64,000 bases of DNA from Verrucomicrobiaceae bacterium. GTDB lineage: Bacteria; Verrucomicrobiota; Verrucomicrobiia; Verrucomicrobiales; Akkermansiaceae. The notes under the pieces are model-generated. The model made no database searches and was not told the origin of the DNA. It worked only from the letters and a program-made list of their open reading frames with translations. Each line of letters starts with the position of its first letter. The stretch's first letter is position 1. Position numbers and translations under genes: made by a program. This document shows positions 57,813-64,000 of this stretch, one piece after another. The stretch covers positions 322,153 to 386,152 of the forward strand of contig JBPOGH010000002.1 of the NCBI GenBank assembly GCA_051252135.1, in the 5' to 3' direction.

Positions 57813-59180
57813 TTAGTTTCGGGTGGAGCCTCCGCCTCCGCTGAGTCCGGGGGAGTAGGTGTATTCCACTTTTAAAGTCTGGCCGGGATTTCCTTCGATG
57901 GGGTCGGCGCTCCGGGCGGTTATGCTGCGTCCGGCGGCATTTGCGTTATCCTGGATGAGGGTGCCGCCGGTCCAAAGCGAACCGACGCGGTATCCGGTGC
58001 GGCTTCCGATGAGGTTCCATTGTTGGAGGTTTTTGCTTTGGTAGATGTTGAAGCGGACGTCCTCGGGAAGGGGGTTGGGGACGGTGTAGGTGAGAGCGGG
58101 GTAGGTGCCGCTTCGGAGAATGTTGGTGGTGAACCGGGGGAGGCGATCCTGCCATCCGGCGGGTGAGGGTCCGGCGGGATTGAAGCGATGGACGTAGGCT
58201 TCGATGTTGGAAAAGCCATCACCATTGGGGTCTGCGCCGGCAGACGCGTTTATGTTTGTGAGGCCGTGTCCAGCGACATAGTCAGGATAACTATTGGCGT
58301 TGGTATCCCCAATGGTGAAGATTGTTGTGTTGTTCGCGAGAAAGTAGTCTCCGGAGCCGAAGGTCCAGGTGATGACGATGGTCTCGGGAGATTCGTCGAG
58401 GGTGTCGGCGGCGATGTTAAAGATGGGATTTACGCGGGTGGTGCCGGAGGGAATCATGATGGCACCGGAGACGCCGAGGCTGCGGGTGTAGTCATCCGGC
58501 CAGATGGCGGTGCCGCTCACGTCGTAGTTGATGGTGCTGTTTTGCGGGAGGGAGGCCGAGAGAATGAGGGGGAGTTCGAAGCCGGAGTGGCCTTCGCTCA
58601 GGGTGATTTCTTCCGGGATGGAGAGGAGTGCGGGGACCTCGGCGATGAGGGCATCAAACTGATGATAGGCTTTGTTGGGCTGGTTGTTGCCCACCTCCCA
58701 GCTGAGGGATTCGAGGTTGTCGAAGGTGGCGGGGAAGGTTTGGACGATGCCGGCGATGTTGGTGCCGGTAGAGAAGGTGGCATGCACGGCGCTTCCGCCT
58801 CCTTGTTTGACGCCGGTGAAGAGAACGGTACCACCAGAGCCCGGGGTGTAGGGATGCAGTTTGATGGACTTCATGGTGAAGGGGCCGCCGTCCTCGCGGG
58901 CGTAGGTGAATTTGCTAATGCTCCACTTTGAGGTGGCTGCAATGGTGGGGACGTGTCGGGTCGAGGTCTGTCCGAAGGTGCCGATCTCCATCAAGGAGGC
59001 ATTGGTGGGATGCTTGCAGGTGAGGATCATCCCATTTTCGGTCCATGGGTTGGCAAAGAGGTTGAGGTTGGGATTTGCGGAAAGCGGGAGGGAGTCGAAG
59101 GTCATGGAGACCTCGCTTCCGCAAGCGAAGGAAGTGAGCAGGCAAGCGGTGAGGGGGCGAAGGCGGGTGAGGGCATTCAT
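57813..59180 (-). CDS. Exported protein with Calx-beta-like domain and verrucomicrobial-type C-terminal module
   Basis: N-terminal signal-like segment; SGTA..PDDY, DTLDESPETI (Calx-beta-like); DPNGDGFSNIEAY; QSKNLQQW. Confidence 0.7.
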   Translation of the reverse strand: MNALTRLRPLTACLLTSFACGSEVSMTFDSLPLSANPNLNLFANPWTENGMILTCKHPTNASLMEIGTFGQTSTRHVPTIAATSKWSISKFTYAREDGGPFTMKSIKLHPYTPGSGGTVLFTGVKQGGGSAVHATFSTGTNIAGIVQTFPATFDNLESLSWEVGNNQPNKAYHQFDALIAEVPALLSIPEEITLSEGHSGFELPLILSASLPQNSTINYDVSGTAIWPDDYTRSLGVSGAIMIPSGTTRVNPIFNIAADTLDESPETIVITWTFGSGDYFLANNTTIFTIGDTNANSYPDYVAGHGLTNINASAGADPNGDGFSNIEAYVHRFNPAGPSPAGWQDRLPRFTTNILRSGTYPALTYTVPNPLPEDVRFNIYQSKNLQQWNLIGSRTGYRVGSLWTGGTLIQDNANAAGRSITARSADPIEGNPGQTLKVEYTYSPGLSGGGGSTRN

Positions 59181-59290
59181 GTCATCTGTTCCTAAAACCC
59201 CGGGAGCGAAAGGATTCGTTTTTTCACGAAAAAACTTTTTTGGGACCAATTGGGAATCCTTTTCCGGGAACTGTTTTAAGGACAGGTGAC
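59181..59290. promoter_or_regulatory. Twin divergent promoter motif GAATCC-N13-GTTTTA-N12-ATG
   Basis: Same motif and spacing on both strands ahead of ATG 59180 and ATG 59291. Confidence 0.7.
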
Positions 59291-59938
59291 ATGATCAAGT
59301 TCACCCTTAATATTTGTATGCTTCTTTCCATCGCCAGCACCCATGGCGCCGTGGTTATCGATAACATCGCGGTGGGGACGCAAAGTTTTGCGACGGGGAT
59401 TTCGGGTCCCAATGCGGGAGGGGTGGGGCCAATCTTTGCAGGGTCCAAGAATCTTGAATCAGCTTTTCGATTCACCACGGGACCGGCGGGTGGCGATCTG
59501 ACCTCTCTTAGTCTGGTGATCAGCGTGGCTGACAATACCTCTCCGATCGTGGCTACAATCAGCACCGGCCCCAACGTCCCGGGGGGAACCAATCCGACGG
59601 CTCTGGGGTCGGTGCTGCCTGCCGCGCCATCGGGCATTACGACGATTAGTTTTGTTCCGGGGTCGGGGATTACGCTTGCCTCGAACTCGGAATATTGGGT
59701 GCACCTGACCGTTCCCAGTGGGGCGGGATGGTATTCGATGTTGAATAGCAATGCACCGGTGGAATCCCTTGGGTGGGATTTGGACAATAGCTGGAATCGC
59801 CCAGCTACCGGGGGCTGGAGTGAGATCACGAGCGGCCCGCAGGCCCGTACTCGATTGGAGATCGCTTCAGTTCCCGAACCCGGGGCGGGGTTGTTGGGAG
59901 GGTTGGCCTTTTTAGTTCTTCTCGGCCGGCGGCGTTAG
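59291..59938 (+). CDS. PEP-CTERM surface protein (choice-of-anchor-R-like)
   Basis: Signal ..STHG|AVVIDN, FRFTTG, LASNSEYWV, VPEPGAGLLGGLAFLVLLGRRR. Confidence 0.9.
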   Translation: MIKFTLNICMLLSIASTHGAVVIDNIAVGTQSFATGISGPNAGGVGPIFAGSKNLESAFRFTTGPAGGDLTSLSLVISVADNTSPIVATISTGPNVPGGTNPTALGSVLPAAPSGITTISFVPGSGITLASNSEYWVHLTVPSGAGWYSMLNSNAPVESLGWDLDNSWNRPATGGWSEITSGPQARTRLEIASVPEPGAGLLGGLAFLVLLGRRR

Positions 59939-62900
59939 GCGTCGGGGGAAGGTGGCGACCGCGCTGCCGTGGAGTCCCCAGTAGCCTGCGCAGAGGTGGC
60001 GGGATTGGTCATCGAAGCCGAGGTAGAACTTGGAGGTGCCGTTATCGAGGACTCCAAGTTCCCGCCAGGTGGGGAGGTGCCAGATTCTGAGGGTGAGGTC
60101 ATCGGATGAGGATGCGAGGGTCCTGCCATCCGGGCTTAGGGTGAGTGAGACGACCCGCTGGTAGTGTCCGGTGAGGGTCTGAATAAGTTCGCTGGTTTGG
60201 GCGTCGTGGATGGCAATGAGGTTTTCATCATTCCCGGAGATGAGCCAATTTCCATCGTTGGAGAAGATGACGGGGCCGAGGTTGCCGCGGGTGGGTTTGA
60301 AGCGTTGATTCCAACCTTTTCCAAGTTCGCCGACCCGGATGTATCGGGGCCAATCGATTCGCGCGATTTTTTGTCCGTCAGGGGAAAGGGAGAGGCGGAA
60401 GGAGCCCTTGCCAGTTGGAGGGAGTTCCCCCTTTGGAGTTAATGATTCAAGGTCATAGAAATAGGTTGGTTGGGATTCCGCGGTGACGGCAAAGTTTGTT
60501 CGGAGGGGATTGGCAGCCACTTTGGCGGGGTCGCGGAAAGAGAGGGGGATTGAGGATTGGGAGAGTTTGAGGCCTTCGGGAATCGACCACCATTCGATGA
60601 TGAGGTTTTCATCGTTCTGTCGCCAGGTGGCGGCGCGGTCTTCGGTGGGATGGAAGGAGAGGGCGTTGCGGGGGATGCCGTCATCGAGGTGTTTGAGGGG
60701 TTCGCCGGAGGTGCCGATGCAGAGGGTCCCGTTGCCTGTTTTGGCGAGGAAATGTTGTGCGTTGGGGCTATGGCATTTGAGGGGCGGGAAGGCGGCGGCG
60801 TTTTGGAATTCGTTAGGGGAGCTGCCGGGCATGTCCCAGAGGCGGACGCTGCGATCCTTGCCGGCGGAGAGGAGTCGTTGCCCGTCAGGGGAGATGGAGA
60901 GGGTGAGAATTTCGTCCTGATGTCCGCGGAGGGATGTTTTTGGTTTGAGGAGGGCGTCGTTGGTGTAGAAGTCGATTTTTTGGTGGGAGCCGGCCATGGC
61001 GAATCCCCCCGGAATGGAAATGAGGGAGCGGTAGGCTTCGCCCTGGGCGTGTTCACGGGAGAGGAGGGTTCCGGACCGGGTTTGCCAGAGGGCGATTTCA
61101 CGGCCTTTGTAGTCGAGGCCCAGCAGGCGTTCGTTGTTTTGGGAAAACGCGAGTTTTGAGAGGGTCATGCCTGCGTGCCAGGTGGTCTCCCGGTCGGGAT
61201 TTTCGAAGGTGGTGACGACCATGGTGAGGCCGGGGTTGCGGACGTAGGCGATGTGGTTTCCGTGAACGGCAAATCCCGGTTCGATGGAGGGCTGTTGAAA
61301 GACCGGTTCAAGGGTTTGGGTGTTGTGGATATGGAGCGCAAGCTTCCTGCTGCTGTTGACGCAGACGAAGGCAAGGTGTTGGCCATCCTCTGAGAAATAG
61401 ACTGATCTTACGGAGATGAAGGGGAGGATGCCGATGAGTTTACCCTCGGGGAAACTCCAAAAGCGAAGGTAGGATCCGCCCCCGGCGGAGACGAGGGTTT
61501 GTCCGTCGGGGGACCAAACGAGGGTGTCGATTTCTCCGAGGCGGGAGGGGCGTCCGCGCATGCGGACTTCGTCGGGTGAGAGGTGGGTGCTGAGGAGTTG
61601 CTCGCGGATTTCCGGAGAGCGCAGGGCGACCTTGGTCATGATGGGGATTTCGAATCCTCCGGTGGGGGCGTCGGGCTTGGGGAGGGTGAGAATGGGTTCG
61701 AAGGTGGTGAGTGAGCGGACGATGATTTGGCCATCGAATCCGGCGCTGGCGAAGTGTTGGCCATCGGGTGAGAAGGCGACGGAGGTGATGGAGTTGGAAT
61801 GGTCATGAAAGGAGCGTGATTCATCTCCTTCCATCATGGCCTGGTAGGTGTGCCAGGCGTAATCGCGGATGTCCTTACGCCCTTCCGCGGGGAGGTGGCG
61901 ATCGAGGATGCGGCGGGCGAGTCCGCGCTGGCCTTCCTGGATGGCGCTGCCGACGGCGTACATGTCGGCGGCGTAGGAGTGGAGCTGGAAGGAGTTGGCG
62001 ATCTGGGCGGTCTCGCGTTCGCTGGCGCGGGCGATTTGTTCCTGGGAGACGGCGTGGTTTCGTTCTTTGCGCAGCGCGTCCGATCCGACGATGAGGGTGC
62101 CGAGGAGGATGATGGCGGTGGCGAGGGTGGCACCGGCGAGGATGGCGATGCCGGGCTTGCGGCGGGCCCATTTTTTTAAGCGAACTGCAGGGCCGACGGG
62201 GCGGGCGTTGACGGGTTCTCCGGCAAGCCAGTGTTCGAAATCGTCGGCGAGGTCATTGGCCGAACTGTAGCGTTGGGAGGGGTCGTCCTGAAGGCATTTG
62301 AGGCAAATGGCGACGAGGTCGGGGTGCATCCCTTTGAGGTCCGGGCGGCCGGTTTCCGGAGGTTTTCCGGTGAGGAGGTCGACGAGGAGTGCGCCGAGGC
62401 TGTAGAGGTCTGCGGAGGTGGTGACGGATTCCCCGCGGGCTTGTTCGGGGGCCATGTAGGCGGGGGTTCCGCTGGTGGAGTTTTCCTCCTGTTCTCCTTC
62501 ATTGACGGCGATGCCGAAGTCGGCGAGGTAGGGTTCGCCGGAGGGGCCGAGGAGGACGTTGGCGGGTTTGATGTCGCGGTGGACGAGGCCGTGCCGATGG
62601 GCGTGTGCGACGGCGCGGGTGACGCTGAGCATGGTCCCGACGATGGCCCGATGTTGATCCGGTGGAGCGATTCCTTTTTGCTGACGTTCGGCGAGGGTGC
62701 GGCCGGGCATCCAGGGGCTGGCGATGAAGAGGTAGCCTGCTTCCTCGCCGGTGGCGTAGACGGGGAGGATGGCGGGGTGGTCGAGCTTGCCGAGGGCTTT
62801 GGCTTCGGCAAGGAAGCGGGTGCGGTCCGCGACGCCGCCGAGGCGGGGGTCGAGGAAGACCTTGAGGGCGACTTCGCGATCCGGTCCGGGTTGGAAGGCG

Positions 62901-63073
62901 AGCCAGACTTCGCCGCTGGCGCCGCGGCCGATGCGTTTTTTGACGAGGAATCCGCCGAGGGATTCGGGGAGTTCGAAGTGATCTGATTCGTCGGTGAACA
63001 GGCCTGCGGCGAGACAGCGCGGGCAGAGACCGTCGGTGGTCTTTGCGCAGTCCGGGCAGGATTGGGTGCTCAT
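59912..63073 (-). CDS. Ser/Thr protein kinase with TM helix and WD40 repeats
   Basis: CPDC..CPRCL, GRGASG, VALK, HRDIKPAN, DFG, GTPAYMAPEQ, FSPDG WD40 repeats. Confidence 0.92.
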   Translation of the reverse strand: MSTQSCPDCAKTTDGLCPRCLAAGLFTDESDHFELPESLGGFLVKKRIGRGASGEVWLAFQPGPDREVALKVFLDPRLGGVADRTRFLAEAKALGKLDHPAILPVYATGEEAGYLFIASPWMPGRTLAERQQKGIAPPDQHRAIVGTMLSVTRAVAHAHRHGLVHRDIKPANVLLGPSGEPYLADFGIAVNEGEQEENSTSGTPAYMAPEQARGESVTTSADLYSLGALLVDLLTGKPPETGRPDLKGMHPDLVAICLKCLQDDPSQRYSSANDLADDFEHWLAGEPVNARPVGPAVRLKKWARRKPGIAILAGATLATAIILLGTLIVGSDALRKERNHAVSQEQIARASERETAQIANSFQLHSYAADMYAVGSAIQEGQRGLARRILDRHLPAEGRKDIRDYAWHTYQAMMEGDESRSFHDHSNSITSVAFSPDGQHFASAGFDGQIIVRSLTTFEPILTLPKPDAPTGGFEIPIMTKVALRSPEIREQLLSTHLSPDEVRMRGRPSRLGEIDTLVWSPDGQTLVSAGGGSYLRFWSFPEGKLIGILPFISVRSVYFSEDGQHLAFVCVNSSRKLALHIHNTQTLEPVFQQPSIEPGFAVHGNHIAYVRNPGLTMVVTTFENPDRETTWHAGMTLSKLAFSQNNERLLGLDYKGREIALWQTRSGTLLSREHAQGEAYRSLISIPGGFAMAGSHQKIDFYTNDALLKPKTSLRGHQDEILTLSISPDGQRLLSAGKDRSVRLWDMPGSSPNEFQNAAAFPPLKCHSPNAQHFLAKTGNGTLCIGTSGEPLKHLDDGIPRNALSFHPTEDRAATWRQNDENLIIEWWSIPEGLKLSQSSIPLSFRDPAKVAANPLRTNFAVTAESQPTYFYDLESLTPKGELPPTGKGSFRLSLSPDGQKIARIDWPRYIRVGELGKGWNQRFKPTRGNLGPVIFSNDGNWLISGNDENLIAIHDAQTSELIQTLTGHYQRVVSLTLSPDGRTLASSSDDLTLRIWHLPTWRELGVLDNGTSKFYLGFDDQSRHLCAGYWGLHGSAVATFPRRLTPPAEKN

Positions 63074-63760
63074 CTATCTGGAGAGTAGCTGGAGGAGGTA
63101 TTCGAGTTCGTCGGCCTCATCGGTGCGGGTGCCGACGGTGGCGCGGACTTCCTCTTTGACGAGTTCACCGAAGCGTTTGCGGAAGCGGAGGACGGCTGAC
63201 TTGGTGGCGGCGAGTGAGGCGTTGAGGGCCTCGGCGGTTTCGGCGAGGGGTGGGGCTCCGTTGTCGCCGGAGAGATAGGGGGCGAGGGTCTGGAACGGGC
63301 GTCCGTTGGTTTCCCATTGGGTTTTGAGTTTGGAAAGGGCACGGTCGATGAGGTCCTCGGCCCAGCGTTTTTCGAAGACCTCATCGGGTGAGAGCCCGGA
63401 GGTGGCGTCGAGCTCTTCGTTGACCTCGAGGAATTCGAGGTGTCCACCGCGCTTGATGCGTCCCTGGGCTTTGCGGGCGTTGAGGAAATGATTGCGAGCG
63501 GAGGTGAGGAGGAAGCTTCGGAAGCTGCCGCGCTCTTTTTTGGCGAGGGAGAATCCTTCGCGGCCCATGAAGGTGACGAAGAAGTCCTGGGTGAGGTCCT
63601 TGGCATCGGCCTCGGAGCATCCAAGACGGCGGAGGAAAGAAAATACGGGGCCCCAGTATCGGCGGCAGAGTTCATCGAGGGCTTCGGAGCCCTCGGGCTC
63701 TTTGGCTTGATCGAGGAGGGTCCAACGGGTGGTCTGGAACTTCGGGGTGGTCTCGGTCAT
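63074..63760 (-). CDS. ECF sigma factor of the kinase-associated type
   Basis: FQTTRWTL, LCRRYW.PV, DA.DLTQDFF, G.FRSFL, abuts the kinase gene. Confidence 0.88.
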   Translation of the reverse strand: MTETTPKFQTTRWTLLDQAKEPEGSEALDELCRRYWGPVFSFLRRLGCSEADAKDLTQDFFVTFMGREGFSLAKKERGSFRSFLLTSARNHFLNARKAQGRIKRGGHLEFLEVNEELDATSGLSPDEVFEKRWAEDLIDRALSKLKTQWETNGRPFQTLAPYLSGDNGAPPLAETAEALNASLAATKSAVLRFRKRFGELVKEEVRATVGTRTDEADELEYLLQLLSR

Positions 63761-63879
63761 TGGTGCGACAGCTTACCTATTTTAGAGTCTGTCGGCGAGA
63801 GTGGAGTGAGGTTGATAGACGCAGAGAACGCCGAGCGATTGCCCGGCGTTCTTTTCAGGAAGAGTTTTTATTTTGGAGA

Positions 63880-64000
63880 TTACTTCTGAGGGAAGCCGTC
63901 GTCGGTGTGGCCTTCGATGGTGTAGATGTTGCGCTTGTTGGCGGCGAGTTCCGCTTCGCGGCGCTTGAGGTAGGCGTGGGAAATTTCTTTGGCCTTGGCT
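63880..64000 (-). CDS. 3' end of an unidentified CDS entering from the window edge
   Basis: Open frame ...AKAKEISHAYLKRREAELAANKRNIYTIEGHTDDGFPQK* with stop at 63880. Confidence 0.5.
   Translation of the reverse strand, partial: AKAKEISHAYLKRREAELAANKRNIYTIEGHTDDGFPQK

Overview
GC-rich bacterial chromosomal segment whose gene content points to Verrucomicrobia/PVC (PEP-CTERM proteins, DUF1549/DUF1553 plus DUF1501, TIGR02597-like exported protein, lamin-tail/CotH giant protein, MoxR-DUF58-BatA-vWA operon, ECF sigma with Ser/Thr kinase). The taxonomy is inferred from gene content only. Most of the window is housekeeping (rph, rpsN, msrB, phoBR-like, glmM-glmU(partial)-glmS, purN, trpB, yaaA, DEAD-box helicase, truA, ruvX, manC, hemB). 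I saw no rRNA, tRNA, cas genes, transposase or prophage. The most unusual items are: (1) an ~800 bp non-coding repeat/spacer array at 48.44-49.25 kb in which a conserved GCTTGGTTG(G/A)GGGG linker separates spacers that are each a different decayed 7-, 8- or 9-nt microsatellite, with a mini-copy of the same grammar at 40.23-40.30 kb; (2) a secreted CotH kinase gene coupled to a predicted exported dikinase with glucan-water-dikinase-like domain order; (3) mirror-image twin promoters between two exported-protein genes next to an ECF/kinase pair; (4) three related MITE-like elements; (5) an RmlB-like probable pseudoenzyme; (6) a recurring leaderless-promoter signature. All family assignments come from motif recognition by eye, not database searches.
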